Counted from the first letter of the stretch, positions 40,715 to 50,361 are shown. The stretch: DNA of 64,000 nt from an uncultured Thiothrix sp. (GCA_902595225.1 CACJPG010000002.1:137675-201674); one strand, 5' to 3'. The notes: generated from the sequence alone by a model not told the origin. Numbers and translations are program-made.

Positions 40715-41659
40715 TTAAAGGATTAATTTGTATGGATTCTCAACTCGATCAATAAATATAGATTTAAATTCATTTGGATCTAAGATATGAGTCAACTCTC
40801 CATCGGTTGGGAAATATTTATCATGGAGTCGTGATAACCAAAATCTTAAAGCTGCATGTCTTAAAGCTTTTGGCCAGAAATCTTTTTCAACCTGAGTAAT
40901 TTTTCTAGATTTATTATATGCTTGCATAATTTTTTTTTGCTTTTCGATATTAATTGTTTTGTCTGAATTTAAACACCAATCGTTGACAATAATAGCTAGG
41001 TCATAGAGAAAATATCCTTCGCACGCATAATAAAAATCAATCACCCCTGTCAGTTTGTCTTCAATAAACAAAGCATTATCTCTAAATAAATCGGAATGAA
41101 TTATACCTGAAGGTAAAACATTTAATTGATTTTTAATATTATTTTTTATCTCATTTTCTATCATTTTATTTTCTTCATTACTAAGTTTATCTTGAAGCTT
41201 CTTATAGGTTTCCTCAAACCATGTTAAATGACGCGAACCTAGATAAACATCATTCATCTTATCTGAGCATAAGTGAATTTTTGCAATCATTTCTCCAATT
41301 TGCTCACACATTTCTAAAGATGGATCTATTTTAGATATGGTTCTTCCTTGAAGAAGACTAAAGATAGCAACTGGTTTATTTCTTAAAATTTTTATAGTTT
41401 CATTTGCTTTAGATTTTATTGGCATGGGGCAAGGAATATTTTGGTTTGATAACAATTCCATCAAATGAATTGAATATTCTAGATTTAAACTTTCATCCTC
41501 AAAAACCGTTAAGATATATTTTGATTTAGTTGTCTGTAAATAAAAATTTGAGTTTGTTATACCTTCATTTATCCCTTGAATATCAATAGGATCGCCAATG
41601 TTATAATCATTTAGCAATTGTTCTAGTTCTTCTTTTGTAAGTCGTGTATAAACAGACAT
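40715..41659 (-). CDS. thrB: homoserine kinase, type II (APH-fold, Pseudomonas-type ThrB)
   Basis: 314 aa. MSVYTRLTKEELEQLL..Y.IG......GI.EGITNSNFYL resembles Pseudomonas ThrB. APH catalytic IHSDLFRDN. Divergent from polA as in Pseudomonas. Confidence 0.85.
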   Translation of the reverse strand: MSVYTRLTKEELEQLLNDYNIGDPIDIQGINEGITNSNFYLQTTKSKYILTVFEDESLNLEYSIHLMELLSNQNIPCPMPIKSKANETIKILRNKPVAIFSLLQGRTISKIDPSLEMCEQIGEMIAKIHLCSDKMNDVYLGSRHLTWFEETYKKLQDKLSNEENKMIENEIKNNIKNQLNVLPSGIIHSDLFRDNALFIEDKLTGVIDFYYACEGYFLYDLAIIVNDWCLNSDKTINIEKQKKIMQAYNKSRKITQVEKDFWPKALRHAALRFWLSRLHDKYFPTDGELTHILDPNEFKSIFIDRVENPYKLIL

Positions 41660-41707
41660 AGGGTAAATTATTTTATTTTTTTTGAATGATTATAACAATT
41701 AGAGCCT

Positions 41708-44422
41708 ATGAGTACTAAACAAAAAGACAATTTTTTGATTTTGATTGATGGCACAGCTTATTTGTATAGAGCATTTCATGCTTTACCACCTTTAACAAAT
41801 AAACAGGGTGAAAATACTGGTGCAATTCATGGCTTTCTAAAAGCTTTATTTAAAATAATTGAGGATTTTGCTCCTGAGCATATTGGACTTATTTTTGACG
41901 CTAGAGGAAAAAACTTTAGACACGATATTTATAGTGATTACAAAGCAAATCGATCAAAAATGCCTGACGAACTTTCTGAGCAGATCCCAAAACTTTATGA
42001 GATTCTCGAATTATTAGGATATCCTCCAATTATTATCGACGGAGTTGAGGCTGATGATGTCATTGGGACATTATCAAAACAGTTCAGGAAAATAAAAGAT
42101 GTAAGAATTTTCTCTGGAGACAAAGACTTCGCCCAACTTGTAAATTCTTCAGTAGCAATTATTAATCCCATAACTTTGGAAACAATGGATGAAGTGGCTG
42201 TAAAAAAGAAGTTTGGTATTGATGCAAAACATATAATTGATTATTTAGCATTAGTTGGCGATAAATCAGATAATATTCCCGGTCTTCCAGGGGTTGGTTC
42301 CAAAACAGCCTCAAGATTGATAAATCAATATGGATCTGTAGAAAATATTATTAAAAATAAGAATTTAATTAGTGGAAAAGTTGGAGAAACTTTAAAGGAG
42401 AACGTTGACCAATTAAAATTATCAAAAATTTTAGCTACAATAAAAGAGGATTTAGATTTAAATATAAATCTCAAAAATCTCATTAAAAAAGACACTGATG
42501 ATGACAAGATTATAAAAATCTTTAAAAGGCTTGAGCTAAATTCTCTTTTAAAAAATGAGCTAGGGAAAAATAACCATAAAGAAAACCATGCTGAAGACTC
42601 AAAAAAAATTGACACAAAAAACTATAATATCATCACAAAAGAAAATGAACTTTTATCTATAATAGAGGATATAAAGAAAAAAAAATTCTTTTCTTTTGAT
42701 TTGGAAACTTCCAGCCTAGACTATATGGAAGCAAAAATTGTTGGAATTTCTATTGCATTAAGTGATAAGAAAAGCTACTACATCCCCACTGGGCATTCAT
42801 CAAATATCAAATACAAGCAACTTTCAGAAAAGTATGTTTTAGATAATTTAAAACCAATATTACAATCAGAAAAACTTAAAAAAATCGGGCATAACCTTAA
42901 GTACGATAGAAATGTTTTAGTTAACTACAATATAAATCTAGTTGGTATTGAGCATGATTCAATGCTTTTGTCTTACGTGTATGATTCTACAGCTATTAGA
43001 CATGGTCTTGATAACGCAGCAGAAAAATATTTATCACATAAGACAATCCATTATGAGGATGTTGCTGGAAAAGGTGCCAAACAAATACCTTTTGCTGATG
43101 TCGATATTGATATCGCTGCTGAATATGCATGCGAGGATGCAGTTATAAGTCTAGAGCTTTATAATTTTTTATGGTCGAAAGTATCAAAAGATAAAAATAT
43201 CGTGAAAGTTTACAGCGATATTGAGATGCCACTTGTCCCGATTTTATCAAAAATTGAAACAAATGGAGTTTTAATTGATTCAAAAGCTCTTCAAAAACTT
43301 AGCAAAGATCTTGATAAGGAATTAAATGAAATAGAATCAAAATGTTTCAAAATTACAAATAAGGAATTTAACTTAAATTCTCCGAAGCAACTGCAAGAAA
43401 TACTATACGATGAATTAAAAATTCCTGTATCAAAAAAAACACCAACAGGAAAACCATCTACTGATGAGGATACATTGCAGTTTTTGGCCCAGACAAATGA
43501 GCTCCCAAAATTGATATTAGAGTATAGATCACTTAATAAATTAAAAACGGGATATACTGATAAGCTCCCATTACAAATCTCGAAAACATCAGGGAGAGTA
43601 CATACATCTTATCAACAAGCAATAACTTCAACTGGGAGACTTTCATCAACAGATCCTAATCTACAAAATATTCCAATAAAAACTTCGAGAGGAAAAAAAA
43701 TTAGAAAAACTTTTATTGCGCAAGGTGAAAAAAGAATTTTTGCAGCAGATTATTCTCAAATTGAACTCAGAATAATGGCTCATCTTTCAGAAGATAAAAA
43801 TCTTCTAAAAGCATTTAAAAATAAAATTGATATACATTCATTTACAGCTTCGGAGATTTTTGCTATTGATATTGAAAATGTATCGACTGATGACAGGCGA
43901 GCCGCTAAAGCAATCAATTTTGGATTAATTTATGGTATGTCCTCATTTGGTTTATCGAAACAGCTTGGCATTCCAATTTCCGCAGCAAAAGATTATATGG
44001 ATGTTTATTTTGAAAGATATCCTCGAATAAAATCATATATGAACCAAATAAAAGATTTTGCAAAAAATAATGGTTATGTTGAGACCATTTATGGAAGAAA
44101 ATTATATTTACCGGAAATTAGTTCAAAAAATGTCCAAAGAAGAAAATATGCAGAAAGAACTGCTATCAATGCTCCTGTTCAAGGTAGTGCTGCAGACATA
44201 ATAAAAATTGCGATGATACAAATTGACCAATGGCTTTCTAATAACAAATCTGATACAAAAATGATTATGCAGGTCCATGATGAACTTGTTTTTGAAATTC
44301 CTGAAAAAAATGCCGTATCAGATGTTGAGAACATCATAAAAATTATGAAAAATTGTGTTTCCTTAAATTTACCTTTAGAGGTCAATTATGGTATCGACAA
44401 AAACTGGGGAGACGCTCACTAA
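41708..44422 (+). CDS. polA: DNA polymerase I
   Basis: 904 aa with 5'-nuclease, 3'-5' exonuclease (FDLETSSL) and polymerase motifs (DYSQIELR, RRAAKAINFGLIYG, QVHDELVFE). Confidence 0.97.
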   Translation: MSTKQKDNFLILIDGTAYLYRAFHALPPLTNKQGENTGAIHGFLKALFKIIEDFAPEHIGLIFDARGKNFRHDIYSDYKANRSKMPDELSEQIPKLYEILELLGYPPIIIDGVEADDVIGTLSKQFRKIKDVRIFSGDKDFAQLVNSSVAIINPITLETMDEVAVKKKFGIDAKHIIDYLALVGDKSDNIPGLPGVGSKTASRLINQYGSVENIIKNKNLISGKVGETLKENVDQLKLSKILATIKEDLDLNINLKNLIKKDTDDDKIIKIFKRLELNSLLKNELGKNNHKENHAEDSKKIDTKNYNIITKENELLSIIEDIKKKKFFSFDLETSSLDYMEAKIVGISIALSDKKSYYIPTGHSSNIKYKQLSEKYVLDNLKPILQSEKLKKIGHNLKYDRNVLVNYNINLVGIEHDSMLLSYVYDSTAIRHGLDNAAEKYLSHKTIHYEDVAGKGAKQIPFADVDIDIAAEYACEDAVISLELYNFLWSKVSKDKNIVKVYSDIEMPLVPILSKIETNGVLIDSKALQKLSKDLDKELNEIESKCFKITNKEFNLNSPKQLQEILYDELKIPVSKKTPTGKPSTDEDTLQFLAQTNELPKLILEYRSLNKLKTGYTDKLPLQISKTSGRVHTSYQQAITSTGRLSSTDPNLQNIPIKTSRGKKIRKTFIAQGEKRIFAADYSQIELRIMAHLSEDKNLLKAFKNKIDIHSFTASEIFAIDIENVSTDDRRAAKAINFGLIYGMSSFGLSKQLGIPISAAKDYMDVYFERYPRIKSYMNQIKDFAKNNGYVETIYGRKLYLPEISSKNVQRRKYAERTAINAPVQGSAADIIKIAMIQIDQWLSNNKSDTKMIMQVHDELVFEIPEKNAVSDVENIIKIMKNCVSLNLPLEVNYGIDKNWGDAH

Positions 44423-44428
44423 TTTTAA

Positions 44429-45022
44429 TTATTTAGACATTTCTTCGATAATGTCGTGAATTTCTTGAATTCCCTCGCCGCTTTTAGAAGAAAAGATACT
44501 AATATATTTTACATTTTTGTGCTTTGAGAGAGTTTTTTCTATTTTTCTTTTCACTTGAAATCTTGAACTTTTGCTCACTTTATCTGATTTTGTTATTACC
44601 ACATTAGTTTTGATATTAAAATTGGAGGTTAAATCTATCATTTTCTCATCCAACTCCTCGATTCCTCTTCTAACATCAATAGTAATGAACATCGAAACAA
44701 TATTTCTTTTGCTTGAGAGATAATCAATAACCATATCGTTCCATGTGTTTGAGATTTTTTTTGATGTACTTGCGTATCCATAACCAGGTATATCAACAAA
44801 GCTAAGGCAATCATTGACAAGAAAAAAGTTAATTAATTGAGTTCTGCCTGGAGTTTTACTTGTTCTAGCAAGTTTTTTTCTATTACATATTGCATTAAGC
44901 ATACTAGATTTCCCAGAATTCGATTTTCCTGCGAAGAAAAATTCTGGATAACTTGATAAAGGGTATTGTGATGGCTTTGATGCACTCTTCACAAAATCTG
45001 ATTTTTTTATGTTCAAGGACAT
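44429..45022 (-). CDS. engB: ribosome biogenesis GTPase EngB/YihA
   Basis: Start placed at ATG 45022 (MSLNIKKSDFVKSA...), which aligns with E. coli EngB. G1 motif GKSNSGKSS. The track's TTG start at 45109 would overlap the c4 gene. Confidence 0.88.
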   Translation of the reverse strand: MSLNIKKSDFVKSASKPSQYPLSSYPEFFFAGKSNSGKSSMLNAICNRKKLARTSKTPGRTQLINFFLVNDCLSFVDIPGYGYASTSKKISNTWNDMVIDYLSSKRNIVSMFITIDVRRGIEELDEKMIDLTSNFNIKTNVVITKSDKVSKSSRFQVKRKIEKTLSKHKNVKYISIFSSKSGEGIQEIHDIIEEMSK

Positions 45023-45103
45023 TTTTCTTATTTTTGAGTACTCGTTACTTGTAAAATAGTATACAATGAAAAATGGGGATAGTAGATAATTTAAGGAGAA
45101 TAA

Positions 45104-45742
45104 ATGCAAAATAACTTTTTTTTAAAAATTAAGTTTTATTACCCTATTTTATTCGCAGTTATTATAAACTCTGCATTTGCTGATCAAGATTCCATAAAAG
45201 CTGGCGAGCAAAAAGCTATGCTTTGTACAGCATGTCATGGAGTAGAAAAAAGTGTTAATCCTGAGTGGCCTAATTTATCCCAGCAGAGTAAAAAATATTT
45301 AGTTGACCAGCTTCATGCATTCAGAGATGGTAAAAGAAAAAATGCATTGATGAGTTCACAAGCAATGGGGCTATCAGATGAAGATATCGAGGATTTAGCA
45401 GCTTACTACAACAGTATTCCTGCAGATAAAGGTAGTTTGCAAGCAGATGACGACATAATTGCCCTTGGCCAAAATATTTATAGAGGGGGAATATATGAAA
45501 GGGATGTCCCAGCCTGTATTTCTTGCCATGGCCCAAAAGGATTAGGAATTGATCGAACAGGATATCCAAAAATTTCAGGCCAACATTCTGTTTATACTCA
45601 TAACAGACTTAAAAATTATAAAGAGGGTTATGATATAAAAGATTCTGTTGGAAAAAATTACGCAATAATGAGCAGCATTTCTTTTAGATTGTCTAACTTG
45701 GAAATGAAAGCATTGTCAGAATATTTACAGGGTTTATATTGA
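45104..45742 (+). CDS. cc4: di-haem cytochrome c4
   Basis: 212 aa. Signal peptide, two CxxCH sites (CTACHG and CISCHG), AAGGAG SD. Confidence 0.88.
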   Translation: MQNNFFLKIKFYYPILFAVIINSAFADQDSIKAGEQKAMLCTACHGVEKSVNPEWPNLSQQSKKYLVDQLHAFRDGKRKNALMSSQAMGLSDEDIEDLAAYYNSIPADKGSLQADDDIIALGQNIYRGGIYERDVPACISCHGPKGLGIDRTGYPKISGQHSVYTHNRLKNYKEGYDIKDSVGKNYAIMSSISFRLSNLEMKALSEYLQGLY

Positions 45743-45762
45743 TTAAATGAATTAAAATAATT

Positions 45763-46395
45763 ATGAGAAACCTATTATTTTTATCAATATTTTTTTCCTC
45801 ATTAATTCAAGCGCAAGACTCTTTTATTGAGGGAACAGACTACCAAATAATAGATGATCAACCAAGCTCATTTGTTTCAAAAAAAAGTAACCACATAAAA
45901 GTAGTTGAAGCATTTTGGTATGGATGCCCACATTGCTATGTTATAGAAGAATATCTATCAAAGTGGGATGTTCATGATGATAAATTAGTAAAATTTATAA
46001 ATATGCCGGTTGTTTTTAATAAGGCATGGCTTCTTCATGCCAGAGCATTTTACACTATGAAAGAATTTGAAAATTTTGAGATTCTTCACAAAAAATTCTT
46101 CTATGCTTATCATGAGCAGCAGAGAACCTTTTCAAATAAAGAGTCTATAATTAATTTTATTGTTAGCCAAGGTGAACTTAAGGATAGAGTAGAAAAAATC
46201 TTCTTATCGGATGAAGTTTCAAAAAAAGTACAGGAAGCTAATTATTTGTTAGAAACCTATCAAATAGATAGTGTTCCAGCAATGATTATTAATGATAAGT
46301 ATAAGATTTCTGGTAGAATGGCAAAAACGTACGAGAGGATGTTAGAAATATCTGACTTTATTATTAACTTAGAAAAAAAGAATAGATCCGAATAA
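45763..46395 (+). CDS. dsbA: thiol:disulfide oxidoreductase DsbA
   Basis: 210 aa. Signal peptide and FWYGCPHCY active site. cc4-dsbA adjacency as in Pseudomonas. Confidence 0.88.
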   Translation: MRNLLFLSIFFSSLIQAQDSFIEGTDYQIIDDQPSSFVSKKSNHIKVVEAFWYGCPHCYVIEEYLSKWDVHDDKLVKFINMPVVFNKAWLLHARAFYTMKEFENFEILHKKFFYAYHEQQRTFSNKESIINFIVSQGELKDRVEKIFLSDEVSKKVQEANYLLETYQIDSVPAMIINDKYKISGRMAKTYERMLEISDFIINLEKKNRSE

Positions 46396-46405
46396 ATATC
46401 AAATT

Positions 46406-46478
46406 GCGCCTGTAGCTTAAATGGATAAAGCGCCAGTTTCCGGAACTGAAGATATAGGTTCAATTCCTATCGGGCGTT
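46406..46478 (+). tRNA. tRNA-Arg (anticodon CCG)
   Basis: Hand-folded 73-nt cloverleaf: GCGCCTG acceptor, D arm GCTT-AAATGGATA-AAGC, anticodon loop TTCCGGA, T arm ATAGG-TTCAATT-CCTAT. Close to E. coli tRNA-Arg(CCG) but with G1-U72 and U6-G67 wobble pairs. Confidence 0.85.
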
Positions 46479-46495
46479 TTCGAAAAACTTAGGTA

Positions 46496-47152
46496 ATGGA
46501 AATGAATGATAAACAATTTATGACAGTTTTTTTTGGAGTGATGGGAGTTTTGACTATCATTTTTTTTATTATTTTTTTTATAGCCCAAATTATAGTCCCT
46601 GAAAAAAAGTCTGCTGACGAATTTACAAACAATGCAATTGTTCAAAGAATTGAACCGGTTGGTAAACTCAATTATGCAGGGATAAATAATTCTTCATCTG
46701 ATTCACAAGAGGAAAAAATTGCAGAAGTTCGAGAGTCCATTTGCACAAATGCGGCAGGTGATTTTAAAACATATACCGTAAAAATGTTAAATGAGGGCCC
46801 CTCAGGAGCAATGGTTTTTGAACCTGATTTTATAAAAATAAATATGTGCGATAGTATTAACTTTGAAATGACTGATGCGGGTCACAATGCGGTAACTATT
46901 GCTGCACCAAAAGATAGTTTGCCGTTTGACACACAATACAAGCCAAGTACAACAGTGCAATTTGATACAAAAGGATTGTATTTATATCAATGTTCACCAC
47001 ACGCCATGATGGCAATGGCAGGGCTTATTCAAGTTTCTGATTCAAGTAATAAATCTGAAATAGAAACGGCAATACAAAAATTTGAATCTGCAGTTATGAT
47101 ACCTGGAGTTAAGACGAGAATATCTGACTTACTTCGTAAAAATGTAAAATAA
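46496..47152 (+). CDS. membrane-anchored pseudoazurin-like cupredoxin
   Basis: 218 aa. N-terminal TM span, Ser/Glu linker, then the type-1 Cu ligand pattern GHN ... C-S-P-H-A-M-M-A-M (C-x2-H-x4-M as in pseudoazurin CTPHYGMGM) and a C-terminal helical extension. The start could instead be 46502. Confidence 0.75.
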   Translation: MEMNDKQFMTVFFGVMGVLTIIFFIIFFIAQIIVPEKKSADEFTNNAIVQRIEPVGKLNYAGINNSSSDSQEEKIAEVRESICTNAAGDFKTYTVKMLNEGPSGAMVFEPDFIKINMCDSINFEMTDAGHNAVTIAAPKDSLPFDTQYKPSTTVQFDTKGLYLYQCSPHAMMAMAGLIQVSDSSNKSEIETAIQKFESAVMIPGVKTRISDLLRKNVK

Positions 47153-47176
47153 TTATTTTGTAAAAATTAATAGATT

Positions 47177-47419
47177 CTATTTTTTTAAACTTTCGATTTC
47201 TTTCTCAAGTTCTACAATTCTTTCTTGGCATTTTTTTAAAAGGGCAACCTGGATGTCATATTCTTCTCTAGATACAAGATCTAACTTTTGTATTACTCCC
47301 TCTGCACCAGACCTTAAGGTTTTTTGCATTTCCTCTCTAGAGGTCTTCAAAGACTCTGGCATTATATCCCTAATTTTGTTTGCAAAATTTTCCACATTTT
47401 TTGGGTCAAATTTAAACAT
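47177..47419 (-). CDS. ubiK: ubiquinone biosynthesis accessory factor UbiK (YqiC/BMFP family)
   Basis: 80 aa. LDLVSREEYDIQVALL closely resembles E. coli YqiC LDLVSREEFDVQ. C-terminal coiled coil. Confidence 0.75.
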   Translation of the reverse strand: MFKFDPKNVENFANKIRDIMPESLKTSREEMQKTLRSGAEGVIQKLDLVSREEYDIQVALLKKCQERIVELEKEIESLKK

Positions 47420-47677
47420 TTTTTTCTCTTTCTGAAATTTGGTTGCTTTATCCTAGCTATTCTAACCTACAAAAAGGGTAATATACATGTGCTAAAATTA
47501 TATTTAAAATATTACAATATAATAATACTTGATAATACTTATTTAAAGTGATTATAATAAATGTGAAGTTTTAGGCAAGGATGCTTTTAACTTCACCTCT
47601 TTTCATCATATTAAGCATAATCATACAATTCTCCAAAAATAAAACATCTTCCAAATTTCTTCTCGTTAAACAATTTT

Positions 47678-47693
47678 TGGCATACCGCTTGCA
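47678..47693 (+). promoter_or_regulatory. sigma54 (-24/-12) promoter for the acidic OM barrel gene
   Basis: TGGCAT-ACCGC-TTGCA. GG (47679-80) and GC (47691-92) are separated by exactly 10 nt. It lies 43 nt upstream of the ATG, which has a GAGGAG SD. Confidence 0.7.
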
Positions 47694-47735
47694 TATATTA
47701 TCTGTACATAAATAAATTATTTAGAGGAGATTAAA

Positions 47736-48476
47736 ATGTATAGAATATTTAAAAAACAGGTAGCTATTCTTGCTTTATTAATAGCACCTTTATTTTTGCA
47801 CACAACAAGTGCAAAAGCTGACTCTCATGAATGGTCTTTTAGCTCAAATATGGGCTTTATGTCTGATTACATATATAGAGGGGTCCATCAAGCTGGAAGT
47901 TCAGGCTATGGTGGTTTTGATCTAGAATACGGCAACTTTTACATTGGTACCTGGTTTGCTGACTTACAAGAAGGCGGTTGGAATACTAATACACACAGAG
48001 GTTTTGAGTACGACGTTTATGCTGGTATAGGATTTGATATTACAGATGCAATGTCTGCATACGTTGGATACACAATTTATCGTTATACAGATAAAGGAGC
48101 GAATGCTTTCGATGATGATTATGATGAATTCAATATCGGTGTGAGTTTTGCCATGACTGATGATTTGTCAATATCGCTCGATTACTCAAATGGTGAGAAC
48201 ACAGCTACAGATCAATCTGAGACTGATTATGATATTGGCACAGTCACAATAGATTACTTAGGCGCATATTTTACATATGGTGACTGGGGTATCAGTGAAG
48301 ACGATACTGGTGAAACAGATGCAGAATATATGGAAATTGGCTACTCAAGAACAGTAGGTGATTTTGATCTTGGTGGATATTTCGTATTGTCAGAGAAGGA
48401 ACTGGCAACTGCTTCTGATACTCAAGAGGACGGTGACTTCTCAAGATTTGTATTCACAATGGGAACATCGTTTTAG
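47736..48476 (+). CDS. acidic outer-membrane beta-barrel protein (Gcw_chp/TIGR02001-like, as I recall)
   Basis: 246 aa. Signal peptide ending AKA. The SSNMGFMSDYIYRGVHQ motif resembles the SDY.FRG.SQ hallmark. Alternating strands and C-terminal Phe (FTMGTSF). Confidence 0.6.
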   Translation: MYRIFKKQVAILALLIAPLFLHTTSAKADSHEWSFSSNMGFMSDYIYRGVHQAGSSGYGGFDLEYGNFYIGTWFADLQEGGWNTNTHRGFEYDVYAGIGFDITDAMSAYVGYTIYRYTDKGANAFDDDYDEFNIGVSFAMTDDLSISLDYSNGENTATDQSETDYDIGTVTIDYLGAYFTYGDWGISEDDTGETDAEYMEIGYSRTVGDFDLGGYFVLSEKELATASDTQEDGDFSRFVFTMGTSF

Positions 48477-48550
48477 TATATAAAATTTATTTTCTTAAGA
48501 ACTCCTTAACTTAAGACTCCTCGAGATGCCTATTGGGCTGATCAAACTAA

Positions 48551-48577
48551 GGGAAGGGCAACCTTCCCTTTTTCTTT
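48551..48577 (+). terminator. rho-independent terminator after the OM barrel gene
   Basis: GGGAAGG-GCAA-CCTTCCC followed by TTTTTCTTT. Confidence 0.8.
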
Positions 48578-48600
48578 GCTGAATGTATACTATTAATTGT

Positions 48601-48617
48601 TGCACAAAAATAGTGCA
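48601..48617. promoter_or_regulatory. NtrC-type upstream activator dyad
   Basis: TGCACAAAAATAGTGCA is TGCAC-N7-GTGCA, the same 17-bp geometry as the enteric NtrC consensus TGCACC-N5-GGTGCA. It is centred about 105 bp upstream of the glnK sigma54 GG. Confidence 0.6.
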
Positions 48618-48699
48618 AATAATTTAAACCTGTATAAAAAAAAATGGGCCAAAATTATTCTTTAGTTTTTAAAGCTAAATTATTTATTTAAAAATATAA

Positions 48700-49101
<402 letters not shown>

Positions 49102-49122
49102 CAATAAGTGAGGGTTTAAATT

Positions 49123-50361
49123 ATGGAAGGACAAGTAATTGAATTAGCTTACGCACTGGATACCTTTTATTTTCTAGTTATGGGTGCGTTTGTTATGTGG
49201 ATGGCTGCAGGATTTTCTATGCTTGAAGCCGGTTTAGTTCGAGGAAAAAGTACTGTTGAAATTTTAACAAAAAATATCGCACTGTATTCAATAGCATCAA
49301 TAATGTACATGGTGGTAGGTTACAACTTAATGTATCCGTCAGACGGAACTGGTGTTATCCCTGCGGTAAGTTTCTTTTTAGGTGGTGATAATGCTGCTGC
49401 TGATGTTATTGCAAGTGATGGTGATATCTATTATTCGGGATTATCTGATTTCTTTTTCCAAGTAGTATTTGTTGCTACAGCGATGTCTATTATATCGGGC
49501 GCTGTTGCTGAAAGAATGAAATTAGGATCTTTCTTGTTATTTGCGGTTGTAATGACAGGCTTAATATATCCAATTCAAGGATACTGGAAATGGGGCGGCG
49601 GATTCCTAGATGCTGCCGGTTTTAGTGACTTTGCTGGGTCGGGTGTCGTTCATCTTTGTGGTGCTGCAGCTGCGTTAGCAGGAGTTATACTTCTTGGTGC
49701 AAGAAAAGGTAAGTATGAGAATGGTCAAATTAATGCAATACCAGGGGCAAACATGCCATTAGCTACATTAGGAACATTTATATTGTGGTTAGGCTGGTTT
49801 GGTTTTAATGGTGGTTCAGAGTTAATTGTATCAAATGTTGCAGAAGCAAACGCTGTTGCATTAATCTTTGTAAACACAAATACCGCTGCAGCCGGTGGTG
49901 TTGTGGCCGCACTATTATTTTCAAAAATATTATTCGGCAAATTTGATTTATCGATGTCGTTAAACGGTGCAATCGGAGGACTTGTTTCAATTACTGCTGA
50001 ACCACTGGCTCCAACTCCAGAGTTAGCACTTTTAATAGGTGCAATCGGAGGGATAATTGTGGTTGTATCAATAATTCTTTTAGACAGAGTTAAGATTGAT
50101 GATCCAGTTGGCGCTATATCTGCACATGGTACATGTGGTATTTGGGGGCTAGTAGCTGTTCCATTATCTAACGCTGACGCGACTCTAGGTGCTCAACTTT
50201 ACGGAACAATAACAATTTTCGCTTGGACATTTATTGCTTCCTTAATTTTCTGGGGAATTCTTAAAGCTGTTATGGGTATAAGAATCACAAACGATGCTGA
50301 GGACGTGGGAGCTGATGTTACAGAGTGTGGAATAGAAGCATACCCAGAGTTCAAAAAATAA
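49123..50361 (+). CDS. amtB: ammonium transporter AmtB
   Basis: 412 aa with 11 TM spans. DFAGSGVVH and twin-His contexts (VHLCGA, SAHGTCGIWG). Confidence 0.95.
   Translation: MEGQVIELAYALDTFYFLVMGAFVMWMAAGFSMLEAGLVRGKSTVEILTKNIALYSIASIMYMVVGYNLMYPSDGTGVIPAVSFFLGGDNAAADVIASDGDIYYSGLSDFFFQVVFVATAMSIISGAVAERMKLGSFLLFAVVMTGLIYPIQGYWKWGGGFLDAAGFSDFAGSGVVHLCGAAAALAGVILLGARKGKYENGQINAIPGANMPLATLGTFILWLGWFGFNGGSELIVSNVAEANAVALIFVNTNTAAAGGVVAALLFSKILFGKFDLSMSLNGAIGGLVSITAEPLAPTPELALLIGAIGGIIVVVSIILLDRVKIDDPVGAISAHGTCGIWGLVAVPLSNADATLGAQLYGTITIFAWTFIASLIFWGILKAVMGIRITNDAEDVGADVTECGIEAYPEFKK

Noticed and set aside
45023-45109. 29-codon N-terminal extension of engB (TTG start)
   Set aside because: It would overlap the cytochrome c4 start. 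The internal ATG at 45022 gives an N-terminus that aligns with E. coli EngB.
46460-46645. 61-aa minus-strand ORF overlapping tRNA-Arg and the cupredoxin start
   Set aside because: It overlaps a tRNA and a supported CDS, and the product is Asn/Lys-rich nonsense.
47510-47540. Fur-box-like AT-rich repeats (AATAATACTTGATAATACTTAT)
   Set aside because: There is only a partial hexamer resemblance to GATAATGATAATCATTATC. There is no obvious iron gene downstream, and a chance match is likely at this base composition. It is kept only as a direct repeat in the intergenic finding.
47253-47551. Two plus-strand ORFs (60 and 75 aa) antisense to ubiK and running into the long intergenic gap
   Set aside because: They have no SD and give hydrophobic or aromatic nonsense typical of AT-rich DNA. 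The region is better explained as regulatory.
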